The translations under genes and the position numbers were made by a program. A stretch of 64,000 nucleotides of DNA from NCBI GenBank assembly GCA_965223855.1, contig CBDCXM010000009.1, positions 1,472,001-1,536,000 of the forward strand, read 5' to 3'. Positions 36,256 through 48,696 of this stretch are shown in pieces. The DNA is from Candidatus Multivoradales bacterium. Its GTDB lineage: Bacteria; Acidobacteriota; Thermoanaerobaculia; Multivoradales; JAHEKO01. Every line of letters starts with the position of its first letter. Positions within the stretch are counted from its first letter, which is position 1. Under the pieces are notes generated by a model. It had not been told where the DNA came from. It worked only from the letters and a program-made list of their open reading frames with translations, and did not search any database.

Positions 36256-38928
36256 GTGCGCCTGAACGACTGCGTCCGGTGCGGCGCCGCGAACGAGGAG
36301 AGCAGCCGCTTCTGTGGCGGGTGCGGGGCGGAGCTGTCGGTTTCGTCGCTCCCGACCGTCGCGTTCGGCCACGGCGCGGCGAGTCCGGCGGAAGCCGCCG
36401 AGCGCTTCCTGCCGGGTCAGATCCTCGGTGATCGCTATCGGATCGTGGCGCCGCTGGGTCGCGGCGGGATGGGCGAGGTCTACCGGGCCGATGACCTCAA
36501 GCTGGGCCAGACGGTAGCGATCAAGCTGCTGCCCGAGCGCTACGAGAAGGACCCGGCCTACCTGGAGCGGCTACGCAACGAGGTGCGACTGTCGCTCCAG
36601 GTGACCCACCCGAACGTCTGCCGGGTGTTCGATCTCGGGGAGGCCGACGGACGCCACTTCCTGTCGATGGAGTACGTCGACGGCGAGGACCTCGCCTCGC
36701 TCCTGCGGCGCATCGGACGCCTGCCGGGGGGCAAGGCGGTCGATGTCGCCCGGCAGCTGTGCGCCGGGCTGGCGGCGGCGCACGAGCGCGGCGTGCTCCA
36801 TCGCGATCTCAAGCCGGCCAACGTGATGATCGACGGCCGGGGCCATGCCAAGATCACCGACTTCGGTCTCGCCGGCGCCACCGAGGGGATCGAGGGCGGA
36901 GAGGCGCGAGTGGGCACTCCGGGCTATCAGGCGCCGGAGCAGCTCGCCGGAGACAGGCTGACGACGGCGACCGACCTCTACGCCCTGGGGCTGGTTCTCT
37001 ACGAGCTCTTCACCGGGCAGCGCGCGTTCCCGGGAGACCGTTCGGCGGATGTCGTGCGCCGGGAGCGCAGCTCCCAGCCTTCGTCGCCGTCGAGCCACGT
37101 CGCCGAAATCGACCCGGTCGTCGAGCGGGTCGTCATGCACTGCCTGGAATCCGACCCCGGCGCTCGCCCAGCTTCCGCGCTCGCGGTGGCCGCGGCCCTG
37201 CCGGGCGGGGATCCCCTCGCCGCAGCGCTCGCTGCGGGCGAGACACCCTCGCCGGAGATGGTCGCCCAGGCGGGCGACGAAGGGAGCTTGCGGCCGGCGG
37301 TCGCCGTTTCGATGCTGGCGGCGATTCTCCTGGGCCTCGCACTCCTTCCCTGGCTGCCCGACCGGCGGCTCCTCGACCACATCGAGCTTCCGATTCCACC
37401 TCAGGAGTTGGCTCGCACTGCGCGGGACCTCGCGTCGGAGATCGGCTATCCCGATATCCCGGTTGATCGGGCCTGGGACTTCGCCAGCAACCAGGACTAC
37501 TTCGACTACGTCGTGTCGCGCTCGGACGAGCCGGATCGCTGGGACGACCTCGGCCGGGTGCGACCCAGCCCGGTCGATTTCTGGTACCGGGAGTCGCCCG
37601 TTCACATCGTGCCTCACCGCGTAAACGCGGCGATCAGCCCGTCGAGGCCGGCTCTCAGGCTCTCGGGCGAGATCCTGATCCGTCTCGATCCCGAAGGGCG
37701 GTTGCTGTTCTTCAAGGCGGTGCCACCACATCTCATGGATGCTGGGCCGGCTCGGGGCGAGGTCGACTGGGAGGCGCTCTTCCTTCACGCAGGGCTGGAC
37801 CGCGCCTTCTTCGTGGAGGATCGCCCCAGGTGGACGGAGCTCGTCGCGAGCGATGCGCGGAAAGCCTGGAAGAGCGGAAAGGTCGATGGGGTGGGAGGGG
37901 AGCTGCGGGTCGAGGCGGCCTCCCTTCAGGGGGTGCCGGTCTACTTTGCCGTGATCGCGCCGTGGATGGAGGCCGAGCGCATGTCCGACCCCTCGCGGGA
38001 CTTCGGCGTTCAAGTGCTCGGAACGATGACCGTCTTCGTCCTGATCGCCGCCGGCAGTATCTTCCTGGCTCGCCGGAATCGCCGCCTGGGCCGCAGTCAT
38101 GGTCAGGGAGCCCGACGCGTCGCGATCGCGATGTTTGCTCTGAGATTCGTCTCCATAGTCGTCGAGAGCAACCACACGCCTACGCCGTGGGAGCTCATCG
38201 CGCTGATCGAGACGATCGCGTGGTCGCTTCTTTTCGGTGCACTGGGATGGGTTCTTTACACCGCGATCGAGCCGTACGGCCGCAAGCTCTGGCCTAACGT
38301 GCTGATCGGTTGGACACGGCTGCTCAACGGTCGCGTCCGCGACCCGCTGGTGGGCAGAACCCTCCTTCTTGGTGGCGTTGTCGGGGTCGTGTGGGCTGTG
38401 GCGGCGGTCGGCATCGGTCACCTCACCACAGCCCTGGGTGCGCCACCGCCACCTCCCTGGACCCGGGCGGACGCTCTCGTGATGCAGGCCCCCTGGAACC
38501 TGGCGGCCGCCTATCTGATCGACCAACTGATTCCCAGCCTGGTTTTTCCGCTCTGGACTCTTACGGCACTCGTCATCCTGCGGGTAGTCGCGCGCTCCCA
38601 GCGTCTCGCCTCCGTGCTTTTCGTCGTCGGTCTTTCCGTCGTGCTGCGGGGGTGGCACGGTGACGGTCTTCCTTTCTGGATCGGCATCGTCGTGAGCGCC
38701 CTCTTCTGGGGGGCTGCCTGGTACGTCCTCACCCGTCACGGCTTTCTCGCCGTCGGGGCGATGGTCCTCTTCGTCTCCCTGTCGAGCATGGCGATCGGTG
38801 CCGACCCCGGCACCTGGCACTTTCCGAGGATCTTCGTGCCACTCCTCCTGCTGGCGGCCGTGGCGATCTACGGCTTCGTCGTCTCTCTCGGCGGGCAGAA
38901 GCTCTTCCGCGACGTGCTGGCGGACTGA
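36256..38928 (+). CDS. Hanks-type Ser/Thr protein kinase with zinc ribbon, extracytoplasmic domain and multi-pass membrane C-terminus
   Basis: CxxC..CxxC; LGRGGMGEVY, HRDLKPAN, DFG, APE. Confidence 0.93.
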   Translation: MRLNDCVRCGAANEESSRFCGGCGAELSVSSLPTVAFGHGAASPAEAAERFLPGQILGDRYRIVAPLGRGGMGEVYRADDLKLGQTVAIKLLPERYEKDPAYLERLRNEVRLSLQVTHPNVCRVFDLGEADGRHFLSMEYVDGEDLASLLRRIGRLPGGKAVDVARQLCAGLAAAHERGVLHRDLKPANVMIDGRGHAKITDFGLAGATEGIEGGEARVGTPGYQAPEQLAGDRLTTATDLYALGLVLYELFTGQRAFPGDRSADVVRRERSSQPSSPSSHVAEIDPVVERVVMHCLESDPGARPASALAVAAALPGGDPLAAALAAGETPSPEMVAQAGDEGSLRPAVAVSMLAAILLGLALLPWLPDRRLLDHIELPIPPQELARTARDLASEIGYPDIPVDRAWDFASNQDYFDYVVSRSDEPDRWDDLGRVRPSPVDFWYRESPVHIVPHRVNAAISPSRPALRLSGEILIRLDPEGRLLFFKAVPPHLMDAGPARGEVDWEALFLHAGLDRAFFVEDRPRWTELVASDARKAWKSGKVDGVGGELRVEAASLQGVPVYFAVIAPWMEAERMSDPSRDFGVQVLGTMTVFVLIAAGSIFLARRNRRLGRSHGQGARRVAIAMFALRFVSIVVESNHTPTPWELIALIETIAWSLLFGALGWVLYTAIEPYGRKLWPNVLIGWTRLLNGRVRDPLVGRTLLLGGVVGVVWAVAAVGIGHLTTALGAPPPPPWTRADALVMQAPWNLAAAYLIDQLIPSLVFPLWTLTALVILRVVARSQRLASVLFVVGLSVVLRGWHGDGLPFWIGIVVSALFWGAAWYVLTRHGFLAVGAMVLFVSLSSMAIGADPGTWHFPRIFVPLLLLAAVAIYGFVVSLGGQKLFRDVLAD

Positions 38929-38952
38929 GCGGCCTTCTCAGCACTCACAGGT

Positions 38953-39717
38953 GTGAGCGATGATCGGATCGGCGCGTTCCATGGCACAGTCCGAGCCGAC
39001 GAGGCGCACGGCTTGAGCGCCCAGGCGGTCAGAGCCGAGCTGCGGGCTCTCGCCGACCCCGAGAAGGCTGCCCACTCCCGGGCCTTCTTCAAGGCGGGGC
39101 CCGGCCAGTACGGCGAGGGCGATCGCTTCCTCGGGGTGACCGTGCCGGCGCAGCGCAAGGTGGCCAGGCGCTATCGCGACCTCCCGCTCCGCAGCGTGCG
39201 GAGCCTGCTGTGCGATCCGCATCACGAATGCCGCCTGACGGCGCTCCTGATCCTCGTGCTGCAGTTCGAGAGAGGGGGAGAGGCGGAGCGCTCGCGCATC
39301 GTGAGCTTCTACCTCGAGCACCTCGACTTCGTGAACAGCTGGGACCTCGTCGACAGCTCGGCTCACCAGATCCTCGGTGCCTGGCTGGAGGGGCGGGACC
39401 GGTCGGTCCTCGACGAGCTGGCCGCGAGCGGCCACCTCTGGCGCCAGCGGGTGGCGATGATCGCCACCTACCACTTCATCCGGCAGGGTGAGTTCGACGA
39501 CGCGCTGAGACTCTCCCGCACACTCCTCGACCACGAGCACGACCTCATCCACAAGGCGGTGGGGTGGATGCTGCGCGAGGTCGGCAACCGGAATCTCGAG
39601 GTGGAGGAGCGCTTCCTCGAACGGCACTATCGCCGGATGCCCCGGACGATGCTGCGCTACGCCATCGAGAAGTTCGAGAAGGCAGAGCGCAGGGCGTATC
39701 TGGAGGGGCGTGTGTAG
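38953..39717 (+). CDS. DNA alkylation repair protein (AlkD-like)
   Basis: GEGDRFLGV, NSWDLVD, DLIHKAVGWMLRE, MPRTMLRYAIE. Confidence 0.92.
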   Translation: MSDDRIGAFHGTVRADEAHGLSAQAVRAELRALADPEKAAHSRAFFKAGPGQYGEGDRFLGVTVPAQRKVARRYRDLPLRSVRSLLCDPHHECRLTALLILVLQFERGGEAERSRIVSFYLEHLDFVNSWDLVDSSAHQILGAWLEGRDRSVLDELAASGHLWRQRVAMIATYHFIRQGEFDDALRLSRTLLDHEHDLIHKAVGWMLREVGNRNLEVEERFLERHYRRMPRTMLRYAIEKFEKAERRAYLEGRV

Positions 39718-39753
39718 GGCGCGCCCCGCTGCCCGCTTGCTGGTACCGCCAGG

Positions 39754-41043
39754 TCAATCCAGGGCGACGACGACACCGCCTTGCACCACGAGGACGACGT
39801 TCGCGAGCGAGTCGAGACTCTCCAGCGGGTTCCCGTCGACCACGATCAGATCGGCCAGCTTCCCGGGCTCGAGGCTGCCGAGGTCGTCGCCGCGCCCGAG
39901 AAACTCGGCCGCCCCCAGCGTCGCTGTTCGAAGGACAGCCGCTGTGTCGATGCCGGCCCCGGAAAGCAACTCGAGCTCCCGGTGGTACGCCTCGGCGGGG
40001 GCCAGGTGAGGGCTGTCCGTGCCGAGCGCGAGAGTGTCGCTATCGGCCGCGGCGATGGCGGCGACCGCCCATGTCTGTGCCTCGAGGTCGCGCGCGAGCC
40101 CCGCCGCCATCTCTTCCTGTCCCTCGTCGCGGAGATCTTCGACCCAGTCCGCCAGCACCACGAGGGTGGTGGAGACCCTCGCTTCGTGTTTGCGCATCGC
40201 CGCGAGCAGACGGTCGGCGTCGGCGGTCTTCATCGAGTGAATCACCGGAACGTGGACGAGACGATCGAGCCCGGCCTCGACGGCCGCGATCGCCTGGTCC
40301 ACGCCCGAAACATGAGCGTAGGCGAGGAGGCCTTCGGCGTGGATGGCCTCGATCAGCGCAGTCACGAGGTTGCCGTCGAGGGCCGGAAACTCGCTCTCGT
40401 TGACGACGAACTTGACGAAATCGACTCCTGCGCCGGCGAGCTCCGACACGACGTCTCCGGCTTCTTCCACCGTGGCCACCTCGCGCGCCGCATTCTCGCG
40501 ACACCACGGATTGGGACCTCCGGAATCGAGGAAGCCGCAGAGGGTGACGACCGGGTGGCCCTCGACGGCGGTGACGACCGGCCCTGAGGTGAGCAACCTC
40601 GGTCCCGCCACATCCCCGGAACGAATGCGCCCCCGCACTTCGAGGATGAACGGCCAGTAGTCACCGGTCGAAGCCACGGTCGTGATGCCCGTCCGCAGAA
40701 ACTCGCGCAGTCGGTCGGGCAGCCGGTTCGTGAGGTAATCCTCGAGATCGGAAGCCTTCCGCGGTTGTCGCGAGATGTCCTCGATGCTCAGGTGGACGTG
40801 CGCGTCGATCAACCCGGGCAGGACGGTCTTGCCGCTCGCATCGATTCGCTCGGCGTCGGCTGCAGCGATCGGCTCGCCTGAGACAGCGACGATTCGATCG
40901 CCCGCCATCGCGACGAACCCCGGCTCGAGCACGCTCCCGTCTCCGACGACTACGCGGCCGTTCTCGACCACGAGCGTTATCTCCTGCGCCGTGCCCTGCC
41001 CGGCGATCAGTGCCAGCAGGACCGCCCACACCGCGAGCTTCAT
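39754..41043 (-). CDS. Secreted amidohydrolase family protein
   Basis: PGLIDAHVH, GTD, GSLEPGKLADL; signal peptide. Confidence 0.9.
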   Translation of the reverse strand: MKLAVWAVLLALIAGQGTAQEITLVVENGRVVVGDGSVLEPGFVAMAGDRIVAVSGEPIAAADAERIDASGKTVLPGLIDAHVHLSIEDISRQPRKASDLEDYLTNRLPDRLREFLRTGITTVASTGDYWPFILEVRGRIRSGDVAGPRLLTSGPVVTAVEGHPVVTLCGFLDSGGPNPWCRENAAREVATVEEAGDVVSELAGAGVDFVKFVVNESEFPALDGNLVTALIEAIHAEGLLAYAHVSGVDQAIAAVEAGLDRLVHVPVIHSMKTADADRLLAAMRKHEARVSTTLVVLADWVEDLRDEGQEEMAAGLARDLEAQTWAVAAIAAADSDTLALGTDSPHLAPAEAYHRELELLSGAGIDTAAVLRTATLGAAEFLGRGDDLGSLEPGKLADLIVVDGNPLESLDSLANVVLVVQGGVVVALD

Positions 41044-41314
41044 ACGGGCCTCCTTCTCCTGTCTGATGCGGTCGTATCCTACCGAAGCGTGGCTCCGGTC
41101 GGGGGCGCCAGGTCGGTCTCGGCGCCCCGGGGGCGCTCCCCCGGACTCTGGCTCCCATGGCTACCGGCATCAGCCCCGGGGTCGGACCGCGGGAACCCTT
41201 GCGTCGGCGAATCTGGAGGGCGCGATCAGAACCCGCATCGCCTCATCGAAAAGGCTCCCGGCCGGCGCGGTGGCCGACCGGGAGCAGGTTCCGGAAGACG
41301 GAGGACGGGCTCGC

Positions 41315-43660
<2,346 letters not shown>

Positions 43661-43662
<2 letters not shown>

Positions 43663-44569
43663 GGAGATTCACCAGCTTCGCTACTTCCTCGCTGTCGCAG
43701 AGACCGGCAGCTTCACGGCCGCAGCGAAGCGGTGTCACGTCGCCCAGCCGTCGCTGAGTCAGCAGGTGCGCCGGCTCGAAGAGCAGACCGGCTTCCGGCT
43801 CTTCGACCGCCTTCCGAAAGGCGCGGCGCTCACCGATGCGGGGCGCGCCCTGCTACCGAGGGCGCGACGGATTCTCGCCGACGTTGCCGACGCCGCGGCG
43901 GCGGTCGCCGACGACCTCGAGACCGGCCGGGGTGCCCTCGTCGTCGGGGCGATCCCGACCATGGCGCCCTACCTGCTGCCGGCCATGGCACCTCGCTTTC
44001 TTCGCCGCTTCCCGGAGTGTGAGCTGACCCTGGTCGAGGACTACACCGAGCGGCTTCTCGACAAGCTGATCGACCAGTCGATCGACATGGCGATCCTGAG
44101 CACGCCGATCGACAGCGAGGCCGTTGCCGTCTCTGTGGTCGGTAGCGAGCGGCTCCTCATCGCCGCCCACCGTGACCATGAACTCGTCGCCGAGCTCGAC
44201 TCCCGCACGATCGAGGACCTCGACGGCCAACCGACCGTCGTGCTCGACGAACTCCATTGCCTCGGTCAGCAGCTCGAGTCCTTCTGTGCCGCGCGGAGCT
44301 TCAGCCGCAGGATCGTGTGCCGCTCCACCCAGTTGGAGACGATTCTGCGCCTCGTCGCCCTCGGGCTCGGCATCTCCTTCGTCCCCGAGATGTGCGCTCG
44401 AGCCGACCGCTCGACCAGCCGGCGCTACCTCCGTCTGCGCGACGGCGGACCGGAACGCGAGATCGCAGTCGCCCGGCACGCAGGCCGCCCGCCCTCCCGA
44501 CTCGCCTCGGCGTTCGCCGAGCTGTTGAAGGAGGATCTGGAGGCGGGGCGACATCGCGTCGTCCCGTAG
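43661..44569 (+). CDS. oxyR: OxyR-like LysR-type regulator
   Basis: LysR HTH (SFTAAAKRCHVAQPSLS); HCLGQQLESFC matches the spacing of the OxyR redox pair C199/C208; divergent from katG. Confidence 0.85.
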
Positions 44570-44661
44570 GCCCGCGCTCTTGCGTTGTGCGATCTGCAGA
44601 CTCCAGCTTCCGGCTGCGACAGGCGCGTTTCGCGAGGAACTACTGAAGGTGGTTTGGAGCC

Positions 44662-45735
44662 TCACTCGTACGAGGCATGACCGGCTATGAGTGCTTCGGC
44701 GAGGCTCCAAGGCGTATCCCAGTCGACCCGGCGTCCGTCGTCAGTGGCGGCGCGATGGACGAATACGAGGTCGAGCTCTCTGATGACGAGCATCAGGTGA
44801 CCGCCGGAGCCCTGCGCGGCGACGAGGTTCAGAGTGTCGAGCACCGGCCTACCAGCCGGCTGCGATCCGCGCGGGTAGACCCACCACATGAAGCCGAAAC
44901 CTGCCCCTGCTCGGAAGTCGCCGGTGTAGCCGCCGCCCTCGCCGAAAGTGGTCTTTGCCCGCGTGCTCCGCTCGATCCAGGACTCTGGAACGATGGATCG
45001 TCCGTTCCAGTTGCCGCCGTTGAGGACGAGCTGGCCGTAGCGCGCCAGGTCGCGCGCGCTGATGCGAAGCGGGTAGGCGGGGTGCTTCGAGATGGCGGGC
45101 TCGAGAAGGTACTCGCCATCAGAGGCTTCGAAGTCCTGCATGCCGATCGGGCGGGCGATGGCGCGGTAGAACTCGTCGAAGAAGCGTCGGCCGGTTTGCT
45201 GCTCGAAGACCGTGAGCAGCACGTTGAAATCCCAGTTGTTCGACCAGAAGTGAGTGCCCGGCCTGTGACTGCCGCGCGCGGGACGCTCGCGTTTCTTGCC
45301 AGCCGTCTCGTAGGCCGCGGGGTGGTAGACACCCGAACGGCCGCCGAGGAGATCGACCACTCGTGCCTGCTTCTCACCGGCCGAGAGCCGCGAAACATCG
45401 TCGATATCGAGATCCGCGAGTGTCGCCTCTAGGTCGATTGCCCCCGTGCCGACGTGAACACCGAAGAGACCGCTCAAGAGTGACTTGCGAATCGAGTGTG
45501 CGCTGAGCTTCTTCTCGATCTCGCCCAAGGAGAGCAGAACCTTCCCTTGGTAGACGACGAAGAGGGCTGCAGAGCCGGCATCCTCTGCATGTTGAACGAC
45601 TTCAGACACAGTTTCCTGCGCCCACCCAGCTTGGCCGGGACCCTGCCATGTCGGCCAGTCAGCGTAGGCCGCATTGGCCGCGTTCGCGACCACTGTAGCG
45701 CTGAGGAGGGCGGCCAGACGAGCATACGTGCGCAT
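44662..45735 (-). CDS. Serine hydrolase, beta-lactamase/NylB-like family, secreted
   Basis: SIRK (SxxK), NNWDFN, SARDLARYG; signal peptide. Confidence 0.88.
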   Translation of the reverse strand: MRTYARLAALLSATVVANAANAAYADWPTWQGPGQAGWAQETVSEVVQHAEDAGSAALFVVYQGKVLLSLGEIEKKLSAHSIRKSLLSGLFGVHVGTGAIDLEATLADLDIDDVSRLSAGEKQARVVDLLGGRSGVYHPAAYETAGKKRERPARGSHRPGTHFWSNNWDFNVLLTVFEQQTGRRFFDEFYRAIARPIGMQDFEASDGEYLLEPAISKHPAYPLRISARDLARYGQLVLNGGNWNGRSIVPESWIERSTRAKTTFGEGGGYTGDFRAGAGFGFMWWVYPRGSQPAGRPVLDTLNLVAAQGSGGHLMLVIRELDLVFVHRAATDDGRRVDWDTPWSLAEALIAGHASYE

Positions 45736-45859
45736 GCCCCGACCAGCCGGCTCGGCGCACTCGGCGTGCGACCCTGCGTGAGCGCGGTCCGGAACTCCTT
45801 TCGCGCTCGCTCTGTCAAAGCTATCGACCGTTCTGGCTCTCATTCTTCTTGGAGGCTTC

Positions 45860-46636
45860 TTGTCTCGATACCTGTTGGTCTGCGTAGCTCTCATGGCTCT
45901 CCTCGGCGCTTGCCTGATTGTTCCATCGGCAGTCCACGGAATCGTGATGCGTCACGATCGCCCCGACGAGGCCTACCGCCACCTCGCGACCGACCTCCCC
46001 TTCTGTTCGCTCGAGCTCGGCGGCTGGGGCGGCGGTTGCACCTTGGTCGACCCGTCGTGGCTGGTGACGGCCGCTCACGCCGCTTCGCGCCTCGAGCCAG
46101 GCGGCCCCGTCGAGGTCGATGGCCGAGGGGCGACGATAGCGGAGGTCATCGTTCACCCCGACTTCGACATCACTGACTATCGCAACGACATAGCCCTGAT
46201 CCGTTTGAGCGCACCGCTTCGAGGAGCGGAGGTCGTGCAGCTGCACGGAGGTCGCGACGAATCCGGCTTGACCGCGATCTTTGTCGGTCGGGGCTACTTG
46301 GGGACCGGAAGATCCGGGGCGATCGAGCCTGACAAGGTCGTGCGGGGGGCGGAGAATCGGGTCGAGGCGACGACCGACCACTGGCTCCGTTTTGTTTTCG
46401 ATGCACCGCCTGCCGGCCTGGGCCTGGAGGGGATCAGCGGTCCTGGAGACTCCGGTGGCCCCGCGCTTCTTCGCATCGACAACGGCTGGTCGCTGATTGG
46501 GATCAGTTCCTGGCAGCACCAGGGAGAGGCCGAGATCGGTGGCGTTTACGGCGTGACCGAGTACTACACGAGGGTCTCCTCCTACGTGGAGTGGATTGTC
46601 GAGACCCTCGAGTATCGGCAACTGGGGTCGCACTGA
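45860..46636 (+). CDS. Trypsin-like (S1) serine protease, secreted
   Basis: TAAH, DIAL, GDSGGP catalytic triad; signal peptide. Confidence 0.92.
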   Translation: MSRYLLVCVALMALLGACLIVPSAVHGIVMRHDRPDEAYRHLATDLPFCSLELGGWGGGCTLVDPSWLVTAAHAASRLEPGGPVEVDGRGATIAEVIVHPDFDITDYRNDIALIRLSAPLRGAEVVQLHGGRDESGLTAIFVGRGYLGTGRSGAIEPDKVVRGAENRVEATTDHWLRFVFDAPPAGLGLEGISGPGDSGGPALLRIDNGWSLIGISSWQHQGEAEIGGVYGVTEYYTRVSSYVEWIVETLEYRQLGSH

Positions 46637-46644
46637 GGTCGCAG

Positions 46645-47916
46645 TCATCGGTCAGCTCTTTCGGAGCTCACGACCCGCCCGTCTCGAACGACGAGGGATA
46701 CGTTTTCGAGGTCCTCTAGCCTCCGAAGTGGATCGCCTTCGACGAGCACCAGGTCTGCAAGATAGCCCGGCGCCAACCGTCCAAGGTCGTCGCTCCGGCC
46801 GACGGCGAAGGCGGCGTGGCCGGTAGCGGCGCAGAGAATCTCCGTCGGAGTCAGGCCTCCCGACTCGAGCAGTTTCATCTCGAGTAGCGGCAGTCCCGGG
46901 TCGTGGAACGCTGGTGCATCGGTGCCGAGAGCGACGCGCCCACCGAGGTCGAGGTACCGGCGCAGGTTGTATTGGACGGCGCGCAATCGCTCGGGAGTCT
47001 CGCGCCACAGGCTGGCGGTGCTCACCAGCACGAAATCCGCAGCTGCCGCCGCCGCCAGGGTGCGGTCCGGGATGGGCTCTGCCGGCGCATGGGCGGCATT
47101 GTCGACGCCCATCTCGATTATCGCCGCGAGTTCGCCTGGTTGCGTTACATGGGCAGAGACCCTCAGTTTCCGGCGGTTCGCGAGAGCCACGATTCGCTCG
47201 ACCGTTGCGGGTTTCAGCACAGGCCAGCCGTCGTCATGAAGATCGCTGGCAAAGCCACGATCGAAGGAGATCTTCAAGTGATCGACCATCGGCGGATCGA
47301 GCAGATGGGCGAGCGCGGATTCGACCTCTTGCGGTCGATCGATCTCGAGCGCCGACGAGCGTCGCCCGACGAACGGATAGCCCCCCGGCGCCGTCACGAT
47401 CGGTCCGGCAATCAGGAGCCGCGGTCCCCTAGGGAATCGAGCGGCGAGTTCCTCACGCCACCGTGAGGGATCGTGGGGCGTGCCCATGTCGACGATAGTG
47501 GTCACTCCCGCAACGAGCCAGGCGCCTACCGCATCGGTTCCCTCGCGCAAGGCGGAGGCGAGGTGGACGTGGGCATCGAAGAGGCCCGGTAGCGCCACGG
47601 CGCCCTCGCCGTCGATCACATGCGCGAGGTCGGGTACCTGGATTCGTGTCGCAGGTCCGCTGGCAGCGATTCGTCGACCCTCGATTACCACCGCCGCGTC
47701 CGGGATCGGCTCCGCGCCGCAGCCCTCGATCAGGCGAACGTTTGCGAGAACCAGTGGCTGCGGCGATGGACTATTCGTGGCACGACCGCCACACGCGGCG
47801 AGCAGACTCACAGCGAAACAGGTGGCGCCCGCAGTTCGGAACTTCGCGAGGATCGTGGTCTCGCGGCTGCGAGCAGCGAGGCGCGCGCGGTGGATGGTCT
47901 GTTGCTGATGGCCCAT
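46645..47916 (-). CDS. Amidohydrolase family protein, probable lipoprotein
   Basis: PGLFDAHVH, ALGTD, GYLADL; LAAC lipobox; start uncertain. Confidence 0.85.
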   Translation of the reverse strand: MGHQQQTIHRARLAARSRETTILAKFRTAGATCFAVSLLAACGGRATNSPSPQPLVLANVRLIEGCGAEPIPDAAVVIEGRRIAASGPATRIQVPDLAHVIDGEGAVALPGLFDAHVHLASALREGTDAVGAWLVAGVTTIVDMGTPHDPSRWREELAARFPRGPRLLIAGPIVTAPGGYPFVGRRSSALEIDRPQEVESALAHLLDPPMVDHLKISFDRGFASDLHDDGWPVLKPATVERIVALANRRKLRVSAHVTQPGELAAIIEMGVDNAAHAPAEPIPDRTLAAAAAADFVLVSTASLWRETPERLRAVQYNLRRYLDLGGRVALGTDAPAFHDPGLPLLEMKLLESGGLTPTEILCAATGHAAFAVGRSDDLGRLAPGYLADLVLVEGDPLRRLEDLENVSLVVRDGRVVSSERADR

Positions 47917-48065
47917 GAGTACAGGTCCAGTCGAAGGAGATCGCGGCGAGCCGGCGATCGTCACCATCCGCCATCCTGTTGCCGATTCCCTAGCCCGAGA
48001 CCCTGCACAGCCCGAGCGAGTTCCCGCAGCGCCGACGGGCGGCAGGAAGCGGCTAGACTCCCTGG

Positions 48066-48596
48066 GTGGCGTCGAACATCTCCCTTCTCGAGGAGTTTCT
48101 TCCCGAGTACGAAGTCCGCAGCTGCCACGCAGTCCTGATCGCAGCGCCGAGCGAGAGGGTCATGACGGCCGGCAGCGGACTCGACCTCGAGGCGTCGAGG
48201 TCCGTGCGGTGGCTCTTCCGATTGCGGGGAATTCCGACTGCGGATCTGACTCTGGACGGGATGTTCAGACTCGGCTTCCTCCACCTCGCCGAGAGGGAAG
48301 ACGAGTTGCTCCTCGGGATCGTCGGCAAGTTCTGGACCCCGACCGGGCACCTCGTCGAACTGACGCCCGACGAGTTCCGGTCGTTCCGCCGGCCGGGATA
48401 CGCGAAGGCGGCCTTCAACTTCAGGGTGGTGCCGGTCGGGGAGGGCGACACCCAGCTGAGCACGGAGACCCGCGTCGCGACCTTCTCGCGGTCGCTGCGG
48501 TTCCGGCTCTACTGGTTCTTCGTCGCGCCCTTCAGCGGCTGGATTCGCCGCGAGATGTTGCGGTTGATCAAGGTACGGGCCGAAGGAGAGATCTGA
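48066..48596 (+). CDS. Conserved hypothetical protein (DUF2867-like)
   Basis: LFRLRG, GKFW, PGYAKAAFNF, LSTETRV, FRLYW..V.PFSGWIRR. Confidence 0.8.
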   Translation: MASNISLLEEFLPEYEVRSCHAVLIAAPSERVMTAGSGLDLEASRSVRWLFRLRGIPTADLTLDGMFRLGFLHLAEREDELLLGIVGKFWTPTGHLVELTPDEFRSFRRPGYAKAAFNFRVVPVGEGDTQLSTETRVATFSRSLRFRLYWFFVAPFSGWIRREMLRLIKVRAEGEI

Positions 48597-48696
48597 AACT
48601 GCTTCCGGATCGATCCGCCCGAGTCGGTCCCGAGGAACGGCGGGCGACACCACTCAGGTGCCGCCCGCCGGATTGGGTTGACTGGACTCGTTACAG

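Noticed and set aside
41102-41146. GC hairpins downstream of katG as an intrinsic terminator
   Set aside because: No U-tract on either strand, and such stems are expected by chance at this GC content
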